In this document: positions 49,157-58,673 of the stretch, piece after piece
Layout: each line of letters begins with the position of its first letter
Numbering within the stretch: position 1 is the stretch's first letter
Assembly (NCBI GenBank): GCA_964357175.1
Contig: CAYHJU010000001.1
Coordinates: forward strand, 32,871 to 96,870
Direction: 5' to 3'
Origin: an uncultured Candidatus Saccharibacteria bacterium
GTDB taxonomy: Bacteria; Patescibacteriota; Minisyncoccia; GWC2-36-17; CAYHJU01
Length of the DNA: 64,000 bases
Position numbers and translations under genes: made by a program
The notes under the pieces: model-generated
Database searches by the model: none
The model's input: the letters and a program-made list of their open reading frames with translations, nothing else
What the model was told of the DNA's origin: nothing

Positions 49157-49374
49157 TAAACGATTTTTATCGAACATTTGCGCAGCGAAGACATAATTTA
49201 ATGATAAGTTTGAGCGGTCCGCCCAAGGCGGATAAGTCCGCCCTGGGCGGATTGGTTCAAGTTGTTTGAAGCCAGCCCCTTTGGATTATCCAAAGGGGCT
49301 GGCTGAGTTTTGAATCAAAGCGAAAAAGAATCTTAAATTATCTGAGCAAGCATCTGAGAGATAAAAAGCGTTTA
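49157..49374. repeat. Nested palindrome cluster bounded by 15-bp inverted repeats
   Basis: taaacgatttttatc / gataaaaagcgttta enclosing tccgcccaaggcgga (49218-32), tccgccctgggcgga (49237-51) and a 16-bp stem (49270-49304). Confidence 0.6.
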
Positions 49375-49384
49375 AAGAAATTAG

Positions 49385-50458
49385 TTATATTTTCCAATTC
49401 GCGTCCACTTTAATTTTTTTCCAAGATGTTGCTTTATTTTTTAAATAGTAAGAAGCGACAGCGATCATCTGGGCGTTGTCGGTGCAAAGAGATTTTTTGG
49501 GGCAGTAAAATGATGCGCCTATTTTTTTTGATGCTTTTTTCATTTCGCTCACCAATTTTTCATTGGCCGCTACTCCACCGCCTAAAATGATAGATTTAAC
49601 TTTATATTTTTCTGCGGCACGCATAGTTTTAGTGACCAAGACATCTACAATCGCTTTCTGTATGGAGGCGCACAAATCATCTTTTTGTTTTTCACTAAGT
49701 TTTCCTAAAGATTTCACCAGATATAAAACAGCCGTTTTTAATCCTGAAAAGCTAAAATCCCAGCCCGAGGCTGGTCCGCCTCTGGCGGAGAAATTTACCT
49801 TTGCATTGAGCATTGGGCGCGGCAAATTAAATGCGACAGGATTTCCCACTTCAGCTCTTTTGGCGACGGCTGGCCCTCCTGGATACCCAATCTCCAAAAT
49901 TCTCGCCGCTTTATCAAATGTCTCGCCCGCGGCGTCGTCTCTGGTTTTTCCGATAGTTTTAAAATCCAGATGTTTTTTCATTAAGACAAGCTGGGTGTGA
50001 CCTCCGGAAACTATTAGGGCCAAGGCCGGAAATTTAATTTTATTATTTTCTAAAAAATTTGCGTAAATGTGTGCAATCAAATGGTTTGTTGGCACAATTT
50101 TTTTCTTCCAAGAAAAAGCGAGGGTCTTAGCGGCGCTTACGCCCATTAAAAGAGAGGGAGAAAGGCCTGGCCCAGAGGTGACGGCTATAAAATCAATTTT
50201 TTTAATAAGAGTCTTGATGTCAATTTTTAATTTTTCTTTTGCTTTGGTGAGGGTGCTATAAATGACAGGCGGCAAATTTTCTTCATGCGCCCTGCATGCC
50301 AAATTTGGCACAATTCCTCCAAAGGGGGAATGAATTTCATCCTGTGAAGATGTGGTGTTTGCGAGTATTTCAAAAGACGGGTTTTTGACAGGTCCGCTTA
50401 CTTTTAAAATTGCCGCTCCCGTATCATCGCAACTTGTTTCAATAGATAGAATTAACAT
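49385..50458 (-). CDS. tsaD: tRNA t6A biosynthesis protein TsaD with a 10-aa repeat-derived insertion
   Basis: IETSCDDT, GGIVP, GPGL, H..AH, VSGGHT, DDAAGE.FDK, DFSFSGLKT, GGVAAN, TDNA.MIA. Confidence 0.96.
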   Translation of the reverse strand: MLILSIETSCDDTGAAILKVSGPVKNPSFEILANTTSSQDEIHSPFGGIVPNLACRAHEENLPPVIYSTLTKAKEKLKIDIKTLIKKIDFIAVTSGPGLSPSLLMGVSAAKTLAFSWKKKIVPTNHLIAHIYANFLENNKIKFPALALIVSGGHTQLVLMKKHLDFKTIGKTRDDAAGETFDKAARILEIGYPGGPAVAKRAEVGNPVAFNLPRPMLNAKVNFSARGGPASGWDFSFSGLKTAVLYLVKSLGKLSEKQKDDLCASIQKAIVDVLVTKTMRAAEKYKVKSIILGGGVAANEKLVSEMKKASKKIGASFYCPKKSLCTDNAQMIAVASYYLKNKATSWKKIKVDANWKI

Positions 50459-50460
50459 TT

Positions 50461-51573
50461 TTATTCAACATCTGTGTTAAACTTTTTAAAGTGTTTAAAA
50501 AAATCATCTTCGGCAATTTGTCTTAAACCTGCCCTACCATAAGCATCTTTAATTAATCTAGCAATTTCTAAAAAGTGACCAGTAAAATATGCTCGAGCAA
50601 ATTTATCAAAAATCTCTTCTTCTGATTTAAATTTATCAGGATGTTTTTCAAGAATACCATTTATTATTTTCCAAAATCTATTTCGAGCTTCGGAGTAGGT
50701 ATAACTACAAAAGAACCCCTCCTTATCAATGAATGCAATGGGGGGCAATTCATCCCCCGAATTCTCTTGTTGAAAAATTGGTTGAAAAGCTTTTACTGCT
50801 TTAGATTTCCCTTCAAATTCTCTTTGTAATGTTGGGATTTTAGGAAAATATTTTTTCTCAAATCTTATAGCTAACTCTTCGGTCAAGGCTTCATTAAAAT
50901 CCATAAAATAAACACTTTTGTTTTTAGGGCTCCTCATTTCAAGACCGCATCTCCTTGTGTCTGCTTCCAATTTTTCTGGACCAATTTTTTTTATTGTGAC
51001 TGATTGAAAGGAATTAAAGTGCAGCATTTCATGAACTATTGTTAAAGCTTTTTTTAAGGGGATGTTTATTTGTGGACTAGACCCTAGTAAAATAGATTGT
51101 CTATCTGTAGAGTGTATTGCTAGAGCTTCTGTGCCGCCAAACCCACCAAATCCCAGTTGATCAAATACAGACTTATCAACTTTGGACGGATTTAGAAAAT
51201 GAATGTTCTTTTCAGGCACATCAATGGGTTGTCCGCCATATTCTGAAACGAATTTTGCCATATTTAAATTAATTTGTTCTATGGTTTCTGTCTCTTCAGG
51301 AGTTTTTGATCTTTCTATATCTTTTAGTTCTTTTATAGACGAAAAAAATTTAAGGACATTTTTGACGATTGGTTCGTGAGAAATAGGCTGTTCCTCAAAA
51401 AGAAGTTGATAATATTTTTTAACCCTATCTTCTTCGGGGGTTGTTAAGGTACCAACAATCTTAAGAAGGCCGGAAGTTCTTTCCTGTGTTGGAATATTAG
51501 GATTTTTTGGGCTTGACGGTTCATCGGATTGTTCGTCCTTCTGTTTTTCTGGATGTTTAAATAATTCAAACAT
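50461..51573 (-). CDS. Hypothetical protein with HExxH...E (zincin-like) motif
   Basis: IVHEMLH followed by FNEALTE; ATG 51573 preferred. Confidence 0.6.
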   Translation of the reverse strand: MFELFKHPEKQKDEQSDEPSSPKNPNIPTQERTSGLLKIVGTLTTPEEDRVKKYYQLLFEEQPISHEPIVKNVLKFFSSIKELKDIERSKTPEETETIEQINLNMAKFVSEYGGQPIDVPEKNIHFLNPSKVDKSVFDQLGFGGFGGTEALAIHSTDRQSILLGSSPQINIPLKKALTIVHEMLHFNSFQSVTIKKIGPEKLEADTRRCGLEMRSPKNKSVYFMDFNEALTEELAIRFEKKYFPKIPTLQREFEGKSKAVKAFQPIFQQENSGDELPPIAFIDKEGFFCSYTYSEARNRFWKIINGILEKHPDKFKSEEEIFDKFARAYFTGHFLEIARLIKDAYGRAGLRQIAEDDFFKHFKKFNTDVE

Positions 51574-51698
51574 ACAATTATTATCTATCATTAAAAAGAT
51601 GACTAAATTAATCTTGCCACGTCTCTTGTTTTTAATCAACCTTGATATATAATACTAAAAAAATTATACTATTAATAAAGCTTTATCGAGACATGCTT

Positions 51699-51756
51699 GC
51701 CACCACGAAGCCTTGGCGAAGTGTGGCTTGCCTCGACGTAGCTTTAGCGAAGTCGG
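51699..51756. repeat. Two tandem ~28-bp imperfect palindromes (CG[A/T]AGC.TT.GCGAAG core) abutting tRNA-Glu
   Basis: gccac-cacgaagccttggcgaagt-gtggc and cctcgac-gtagctttagcgaa-gtcgggg. Confidence 0.65.
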
Positions 51757-51830
51757 GGCCTCGTCGTCTAGCCCGGTCAGGACGCCAGGTTTTCATCCTG
51801 GTAACACGGGTTCGAATCCCGTCGAGGCTA
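51757..51830 (+). tRNA. tRNA-Glu (TTC)
   Basis: GGCCTCG/CGAGGCT acceptor, CCAGG-TTTTCAT-CCTGG, GGTTCGAATCC. Confidence 0.93.
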
Positions 51831-51880
51831 CTTAATAAAATTAAATCCTCCCACAAGGAGGCTTTTAATTTTATTAATTT

Positions 51881-52005
51881 TCGGCGGGATTCGAACAGTA
51901 AAGGGAAAGGGGTCGGGAAAACGGGAGTTTTCCCGTTGCGGAAATATTAAAACCGCTGGGTTTTAAAATCGCGAAGCGATTGTTCGATTTTCCGTCGAGA
52001 CTACT
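51881..52005. repeat. Element bounded by an inverted and a direct copy of the tRNA-Glu T-arm/3' end
   Basis: tcggcgggattcgaac (51881-96, inverted) and gttcgattttccgtcgagactact (51982-52005, direct). Confidence 0.7.
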
Positions 52006-52129
52006 GATTATTTTAATAAAAACAGCCCATTTGCATTGCAATATTCTTCTGCGGTTTTATTTTGCTTTACATATTCTGCTGAACCGTACTAAACTAAAAG
52101 TAGGTTAAAAACAAATCCAATATTAAAAC

Positions 52130-52936
52130 ATGAAATTTTTTAGAGGTTTTTTAGAAGCAAAATCTGAAGGACAAAGACAAGAAATTAAAGGACAAGAAAT
52201 TAAAGAACAAGAGGCACAAAACGCAGAAGTCCCGAGACCCGAATTAACAGAAGAACAAATCAGAGAAAAGCTGTCTAAATTAGGGGATATTGAAGAATTG
52301 GCAAAAAGCGTTAGGGATCCTTTTAAGCCGAGCTCGATAAAAGCTCTGGCTCGTTTGGTCATTAAAATAGAATCTGACCTGCCTTCCTATGATACGGTTT
52401 TAAGCGACGAAGCCAGCGGACGCCTTCCCAGTCTATTTTTGAGCAAAATAATTAATAATGCCAGATTAAAAAATGGACAAGACTCGCTTCAAACATATTT
52501 CATTACTGCCGGACGTTATCAGGATCCTGAAAAAGCAAAAGCGGTGAAAGATTTTCTGGCTAGTAAAAAAGACAAAATCGGCAAAGCTTTGGTGGTGACA
52601 GAATATATTTGTACGGGTGCTGTAATTCAGGGGCTTGTAGAGGCGATGAAAAGACTCGGAATTAATTTTGATGTGGCCGCTGTTTCAATAAATGAAGAAA
52701 ATGATATTATTAAAAACAACCACATTCGTTATGGAACGATTCAAAGTGAAGGCTCGCTTGGGACGTCAGGTGGATTAGGGTTTTATCGTCATTTTGCTAG
52801 CGGAGTGATCAAAGATAACACTGATCCATCCCCTCACCTTGAGGCGAGATATCCATACGATAGGGGCGACATTAACCGAGCCAGAAAAGACATAGATTTC
52901 TTAGCTAAGGAGTTTATTGATAAATTGTTAAGCTGA
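52130..52936 (+). CDS. Hypothetical protein, possible PRTase-like fold
   Basis: VLSDEASGR and ALVVTEYICTG resemble the PRPP-binding loop hhhhDDhhxTG. Confidence 0.5.
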   Translation: MKFFRGFLEAKSEGQRQEIKGQEIKEQEAQNAEVPRPELTEEQIREKLSKLGDIEELAKSVRDPFKPSSIKALARLVIKIESDLPSYDTVLSDEASGRLPSLFLSKIINNARLKNGQDSLQTYFITAGRYQDPEKAKAVKDFLASKKDKIGKALVVTEYICTGAVIQGLVEAMKRLGINFDVAAVSINEENDIIKNNHIRYGTIQSEGSLGTSGGLGFYRHFASGVIKDNTDPSPHLEARYPYDRGDINRARKDIDFLAKEFIDKLLS

Positions 52937-53087
52937 TTTACCTGATAAATTTTCTCTTGCCAGGTATACTTCAAAAAAACAAGGATGCGTGTCCTTGTTT
53001 TTTATTTTGATTTTTTAAATCTTTACAAAAAACAAAAATAAACATATACTCTCTTTAGATTTTGGTTCTTTAAAAAGGAGGGTCAAG

Positions 53088-54959
53088 GTGACGAGTAAAA
53101 AGAAATCACAAGCGCCGGAAAAAAATACTGGAGCTGAGAATTTTAGATGGGATCTCAAGTGCATGTACAGGGGCGTTGACGATCCGCAGATTGATTTAGA
53201 TATCGCGGCATTGGTTGAGATGATTAAAAATTTTTACGCAGCCCATAAAGGTAGGCTTGGAGAAACGCTCAGTCAAGCGATCACGGACTACGCCAATATC
53301 AGCATGCTTGAAAGTAAGGTTTTTGTGTATTTGTTTCTTAAACAAAGCACGAATGTTGGCGATGCTGTGGTTAAATCTAAAATTGCCGATGCAAAAATAA
53401 AACTGAGCAGGGCGTCGGGAGAATATCTAACTTTCTTTGATATCGAGTTGGTTGCTTTGAGCGAAGAGATGCTTGCGAAACTATATAAAAATTATCCAGT
53501 TGTTGCCAAGTATCGTCCCTGGATAGAACATACCCGTATTTTCAAGCCACACCTATTGAGTGAGTCAGTAGAGTCTGCTCTTACCAAGCGCAGTCCATTT
53601 GGCTCAGGCTCCTGGAGCGAGTTTTTTGATGAATTGGAATCGGATTTGAAATTTAAGTTTCAGGGTAAAAATAAAACATTGACAGAAATGCTTGATCTGC
53701 TGACGGAATCAAAAGACGCCAAAGAAAGAGCTCGGCTGCTGAAAATTATTAATTTGGGATTGGGCGGGATGTTTGCTAAATATTCTGCGCAAAATCTCTA
53801 CATGGTAGTCGGTTCTAAGGTGGTGGAAATTCGGGAGCGCTCTTATAAACATCCGATGGAATCACGCAATAAGTCCAATCAGATTCCTGACGCGGTAGTG
53901 GATGCCCTGCACAGGGCCGTCGAAGATGTGGCTGGCCCGCTTGCCAGACGCTACTATCGCCTTAAGGCTGCGCATCTTGGTTTGAAAAAGTTGAGATGGA
54001 GTGATCGTAACGCGCCGATGCCATTTTCTGACACAACCATTGTGCCATTTAAGGAGGCGCTCAAGATTGTTGTCGATGCCTATCAAAGTTTTAGTCCAAC
54101 GCTCGCCAAGCTCATTCGTAAATCTATTAAAAATAAACGCATTGATGCTCCAGCTGGAAAAGGCAGGCGGGACGGAGCCTATAACTGTTCTATTGTCTTG
54201 CCTGGTAATATTCCCACATCATTTACCTTTTTGAACTACTTGGGCTCTGGCGGAGATGTGATGACTTTGGCTCATGAATTGGGTCATGGTGTGCATGGAC
54301 TACTTGCGGGTCAGGCCCAAGGGCCTCTGATGTGTCACGCCCCAACTGCTTATGCTGAGACAGCGTCGGTTTTTGGCGAAATGACCACCTATAACTTTTT
54401 GAAGAAACGGCTCACTGCAGAGAAAAACAATGAGGCTCTGCTCGCGCTGATTATGAGTAAAATTGATGATATTCTTAACACGATGGTTCGACAAATTGGA
54501 TTTTCCAATTTTGAACGCCGGCTTCACGGCATGGATCCATCTTATCGCGAGTGGAAAGAGGTTAAAAAGCTTTCGGTTGAAGAACTCGATGCTCTTTGGC
54601 TAGAAACGCTGAAATGTCTCTATGGTGAAGATGGGGAAGTTTTTACTTATGAAAACGCACAGCACCTTTGGAGCTACATCCCTCATTTTCACAGGCCGTT
54701 CTATGTTTACGGATATTCTTTTGGAGAGCTTCTGACCCAAAGCATTTACGCTCAGCAAGAGAAAATGGGCAAGCGTTTTGAACCTTTATATCTGGACATG
54801 TTGAGATCGGGCTCTACTAAGAATGTGGTGGAGTTACTCAAGCCATTTGGCCTTGATCCAACCAACGAGCATTTCTGGATTGATGGCATTACAGCTGGTT
54901 TGGGCGCTATGATTGAAGAGGCGGAAGAGTTGTCGCGCAAAATGGGAATTTCTGTTTAA
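53088..54959 (+). CDS. pepF: Oligoendopeptidase F (M3B)
   Basis: WDL..Y, WSD..AP, G.R.GAY, TLAHELGHG.H, AETAS.F.E, PHF..PFYVY.Y; GGAGG + GTG start. Confidence 0.92.
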   Translation: MTSKKKSQAPEKNTGAENFRWDLKCMYRGVDDPQIDLDIAALVEMIKNFYAAHKGRLGETLSQAITDYANISMLESKVFVYLFLKQSTNVGDAVVKSKIADAKIKLSRASGEYLTFFDIELVALSEEMLAKLYKNYPVVAKYRPWIEHTRIFKPHLLSESVESALTKRSPFGSGSWSEFFDELESDLKFKFQGKNKTLTEMLDLLTESKDAKERARLLKIINLGLGGMFAKYSAQNLYMVVGSKVVEIRERSYKHPMESRNKSNQIPDAVVDALHRAVEDVAGPLARRYYRLKAAHLGLKKLRWSDRNAPMPFSDTTIVPFKEALKIVVDAYQSFSPTLAKLIRKSIKNKRIDAPAGKGRRDGAYNCSIVLPGNIPTSFTFLNYLGSGGDVMTLAHELGHGVHGLLAGQAQGPLMCHAPTAYAETASVFGEMTTYNFLKKRLTAEKNNEALLALIMSKIDDILNTMVRQIGFSNFERRLHGMDPSYREWKEVKKLSVEELDALWLETLKCLYGEDGEVFTYENAQHLWSYIPHFHRPFYVYGYSFGELLTQSIYAQQEKMGKRFEPLYLDMLRSGSTKNVVELLKPFGLDPTNEHFWIDGITAGLGAMIEEAEELSRKMGISV

Positions 54960-55105
54960 TGAAATTGGATTAAAAAATAAAGCGTCCCGCAAGATGGGGC
55001 GCTTTTTACTTTTAAATGGCGCGAGGACGTTAAAAATATTTACGCGATGCTTGACAAAGCTTTTGAATTGGTGTAGCGTGGACATTAAGAGAGGAGGGTC
55101 AAGTT

Positions 55106-55483
55106 ATGTGGCGTCCAGAAGCTTCTAAAGGTTGGCCAACAGAACGGGAAGTAATGCCGGAAGAGGTTTTGGAGCAGGGCAAGAGTCTCGTGGGCCAGAT
55201 GGTCAATCTTGGCTCAATTCTGAGCCCTCATTATGTCGCCATTATGAACTTCATTCCCAAAAGCGGTGAAGCGGTGAGAGGTTCTGACGGTTCAATTCAG
55301 TTCCTTGAAAAACCCAAGTTCGCGGTGGTCTCTGCCAAGACCGGATGTGGACATCCGGTAGATCCAGAGGACATCAAGCTTCTCACCGATATGCGTCATG
55401 ATTTGAATCATGTTGACGATTTCCGTAGGGCTGCGCGTCTCATGCTGTACAATCCGCCGAACACAGGCCTTAACGGATGCTAA
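55106..55483 (+). CDS. Hypothetical protein
   Basis: GGAGG RBS, TTGACA upstream, terminator hairpin downstream. Confidence 0.6.
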   Translation: MWRPEASKGWPTEREVMPEEVLEQGKSLVGQMVNLGSILSPHYVAIMNFIPKSGEAVRGSDGSIQFLEKPKFAVVSAKTGCGHPVDPEDIKLLTDMRHDLNHVDDFRRAARLMLYNPPNTGLNGC

Positions 55484-55555
55484 AATCTTTGGTCCCGATT
55501 TACTCGGGACTTTTTCTTTTTAAAAACCAAAATAAAAAACCCGCACAATGCGGGT

Positions 55556-56230
55556 TTATGTCGTTGAATGGTAATATTTGAACATTAAAAATTTAGCAAA
55601 CCCACTCATTTCATGTTGATATATTTTTAATCTAGAGTCGTGCCCGATTTTTTCTTCAAGGGTAAACATTGAGGTTAGTTTAAAGTCATCCTGCATCCAT
55701 CCCATGCCGCCATTAAATAGTCTGAAATCTGCGTCAGAAAACGTCAAAATTTTTAATCTTACTATTTTTGCGATATGGGACTTATTTTTGTAAAACTCTT
55801 CAAGTAGTCTGTTTAGTTTAATTTCAAGTAATTTAGTTTCGGCGCGCCATTTTTTGTGTTTTTTAGTTTCTGGATTAATGGAATATTTTTCTTGGGCTAT
55901 ATCAATTACTGTGCAAAATAAATCTATGTTGGTTTTTCTAACATCCTCTATTTCTTGTTTGATTCCCAATTTTCTGGCCGTTTGGTTTATGATATAATTT
56001 TGTTTAACAAATTTTTCGTCAGGACGATTGGGGGCCGCAATATCCACCCAAGGCGCGCCCATCGAGTGATCTGTGTGCCCCTCGCACGATTGATATGTGA
56101 TAAACCCATTTAGAATGAGGGCCACAACAAGCGATTTTATATTCTTATCAATAGGCATTCCTAGTCTGTCTGTCCGGCCAGTAATTTCTTTTAAGGTTTG
56201 TTTGTGTCGAGCCCTTTTGGTGTCGCGCAC
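55556..56230 (-). CDS. Hypothetical protein (D.LG.PID / T.QSCEGH motifs)
   Basis: GGAGG + GTG start; 224-aa ORF. Confidence 0.6.
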   Translation of the reverse strand: MRDTKRARHKQTLKEITGRTDRLGMPIDKNIKSLVVALILNGFITYQSCEGHTDHSMGAPWVDIAAPNRPDEKFVKQNYIINQTARKLGIKQEIEDVRKTNIDLFCTVIDIAQEKYSINPETKKHKKWRAETKLLEIKLNRLLEEFYKNKSHIAKIVRLKILTFSDADFRLFNGGMGWMQDDFKLTSMFTLEEKIGHDSRLKIYQHEMSGFAKFLMFKYYHSTT

Positions 56231-56468
56231 AATTTCCTCCGAGCTTATTAAAGAGCTACTTATGCCTTACTCTAATTTAAATTATATGTAAGTCAAGCTG
56301 AAAGATTAGAAAAATTTGAGGGATGTGGATCTAAATGGTGTTGTCGCAAAAAAGGATATATGTTTAAATTTTTGGTTTTGATATTAGTTGTTTTGTTTGT
56401 TTTTGTTTTCTTTTCATAAATTTTAAAAATATGGTAAAATAATCGTATAGAACATAGCAATTATAAAT

Positions 56469-56747
56469 ATGTCAAAAAAAGCAATTTATCTATCAATCGC
56501 GGTCGTTTCGTTGGTTGTTTTGATAACTCTGGGGTATTTTGGTTGGGTAAAATGGAAGGAATATAGATTATCGCCAGAAGATAAACTTTTAAATAGTGCT
56601 GGGGAGTCCGCAGACAAAATAACTGAAAGCGCGTCCAAAGGTGTATTGCCGCCAATTCAAGTAAATCCATTGGACAGCAAGCCAGACATTAATCCTGCCG
56701 ACAAGGCCAACCCGTTTAAAGATATAAAAACTAATCCCTTCGACTAG
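56469..56747 (+). CDS. Small membrane-anchored protein
   Basis: N-terminal TM; repeated NP(F) motifs at the C-terminus. Confidence 0.6.
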   Translation: MSKKAIYLSIAVVSLVVLITLGYFGWVKWKEYRLSPEDKLLNSAGESADKITESASKGVLPPIQVNPLDSKPDINPADKANPFKDIKTNPFD

Positions 56748-56804
56748 CTCAGGATTTGTTCTGAGTATAATCGAAGAAATAGCCCATTCGAATAATAATT
56801 ATTC

Positions 56805-56903
56805 ACCCCGTTAGATACTTACCAAAAAATTATTTTGAGTAAATGTTAACGAGGATGAAACAAAAAATATGAAAATGTATAAGCAAAACTTATCTAACGG
56901 GGT
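56805..56903. mobile_element. MITE-like element, family A variant, overlapping a gene start
   Basis: accccgttagata / tatctaacggggt. Confidence 0.6.
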
Positions 56904-58545
56904 AAAAACTAAACATCTTATTGTTGGTTCCGTTATTATAAGTTCTCTGATAATCGGCTCGGCTGTTTTGATCGGTAAGGTTTTTGCTCAAGAGGCGGGC
57001 GGAGTTGCCAGTATCCAATATCCGGTCAAAGAATTGGGCGGTTGTAAAGATGAGGCGGCTTGCAGGTCTTATTGTGATAAGACCGAGAACACGAGCGCCT
57101 GTTTAAATTTTGCTGAAAAAAACAATTTAATGCCCAAAGAAGAAATCGAGAGGGCAAAAAAATTTGTGGCATCTGGGAGCAAGGGTCCGGGTAATTGTCG
57201 CGGTAAAAATGAGTGCGAGACTTATTGTAACGACATAACCCGCATTGATGAATGCGTCGCCTTCGCCGAAAAAAATAATTTGATGACTGCGAATGATTTG
57301 GTAGAGGCCAAAAAAGTTCAAGCCGCTATCAAAAGAGGCGTGAAGCCTCCGGCCTGTGGAAATAAAGACCAGTGCGACGCTTATTGTAGCGAAGCCGGTC
57401 ATATGGAAGAATGTATTTCTTTTGCTTCGGAGGCCGGTTTTATTCAGGGCAAAGAACTTGAAGATGCCCAGAAAATGTTGGTAGCCATTAAAAAAGGAGT
57501 GAAGCCGTTACCATGTCGTGGCAAGGATGCTTGCGATGCCTATTGTAGTAGCCCCGATAATATGGAGGCGTGTATAAGCTTTGCTTCGGAGGCCGGTTTT
57601 ATGAGCGATCAGGAAAAAGCTGATTCCCAAAAAATGTTGCAGGCTTTGAAAAAGGGAATCAAACCACCGGCCTGCAAGGGCAAGGAGGAGTGTGATAATT
57701 ATTGTTCACAAGATGCGCACTTTGAAGAATGTCTTAAATTTTCCGAAGCGGCTGGATTTATGAATGCGGAGGAAGCCGCTATGGCTCGGAAAACTGGAGG
57801 CAAGGGTCCAGGAGGCTGTAAGAGTAAAGATGAGTGTGAGGCCCTTTGTAATAATCCAGACAATCAAGAAATGTGCTTTAATTTTGGAAAAGAAAACGGC
57901 ATGATTCCACCGGAAGATTTAAAGAGAATGGAAGAAGGAAAGCAAAAATTTCAAGAAACATTAAACCAGGCGCCATCATCTGTGCTTGAATGTCTTGATT
58001 CTCAGATTGGAGCGGAGATGATGGCAAAATTCAAAAGTGGCACGACTATGCCACCTAAAGAAATTGGAGGTCAGATGAAAAATTGTTTTGAAAAAATGAT
58101 GGGTCCGGGTGAACCAGGTGCAGGTGGCGCGATGGCGCCTGGCGGACAGTCCGCGCCGGGCGGATCTTCGGGTTTTGGTAGTGGCGGACAATTTGCACCA
58201 GGCACCAGCGACCCAAATATTCAACCCGGACAATTTCCACCAGCAGGACCGGGTGCTTGCCAAAATCCTGAAGAATGTCAAGGACAACAGCAAATGCCAA
58301 ATAATATGATGGCACCTCCGCAACCATGCCAAGGAGAAAATTGTGGTCCAACAGAGCCTATGGGTCAACCTGGAGAATATCAATCAGCGCCACCCGGATC
58401 TTTCTTGCCGCCGATAAATCAGCAATCACCATTAAACCAACAGCCACTGATAAATAATATTGTGCCGCCTCCAAGTGGCGCCATTACTCCAGAGTCACTG
58501 CCGGGTTTCTTTTTAAATGTATTTTTATTGATGTTTGGTCTTTAA
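56869..58545 (+). CDS. Secreted Cys-rich repeat protein with Pro/Gly/Gln tail
   Basis: Signal peptide VFA|Q; six C-x5-C-x3-C-x8-C-x2-F units; hydrophobic C-terminus. Confidence 0.8.
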   Translation: MKMYKQNLSNGVKTKHLIVGSVIISSLIIGSAVLIGKVFAQEAGGVASIQYPVKELGGCKDEAACRSYCDKTENTSACLNFAEKNNLMPKEEIERAKKFVASGSKGPGNCRGKNECETYCNDITRIDECVAFAEKNNLMTANDLVEAKKVQAAIKRGVKPPACGNKDQCDAYCSEAGHMEECISFASEAGFIQGKELEDAQKMLVAIKKGVKPLPCRGKDACDAYCSSPDNMEACISFASEAGFMSDQEKADSQKMLQALKKGIKPPACKGKEECDNYCSQDAHFEECLKFSEAAGFMNAEEAAMARKTGGKGPGGCKSKDECEALCNNPDNQEMCFNFGKENGMIPPEDLKRMEEGKQKFQETLNQAPSSVLECLDSQIGAEMMAKFKSGTTMPPKEIGGQMKNCFEKMMGPGEPGAGGAMAPGGQSAPGGSSGFGSGGQFAPGTSDPNIQPGQFPPAGPGACQNPEECQGQQQMPNNMMAPPQPCQGENCGPTEPMGQPGEYQSAPPGSFLPPINQQSPLNQQPLINNIVPPPSGAITPESLPGFFLNVFLLMFGL

Positions 58546-58673
58546 TCTAAACTAATCAAAAATGAGCCCAATTATAGAGGAACTAAAAAATGAACATAAA
58601 CAAATTCTTGCCATTCTTGGTAAAATAGAAACAACTCAAGATCTCAATGATAAAAAATATATTTAAATAAAAA

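Noticed and set aside
51642-51950. 102-aa ORF
   Set aside because: It spans the palindromes and tRNA-Glu.
52165-52212. 15-bp tandem repeats (QEIKG/QEIKE), and a similar one at 1298-1330
   Set aside because: Short in-frame slippage duplications with no wider pattern.
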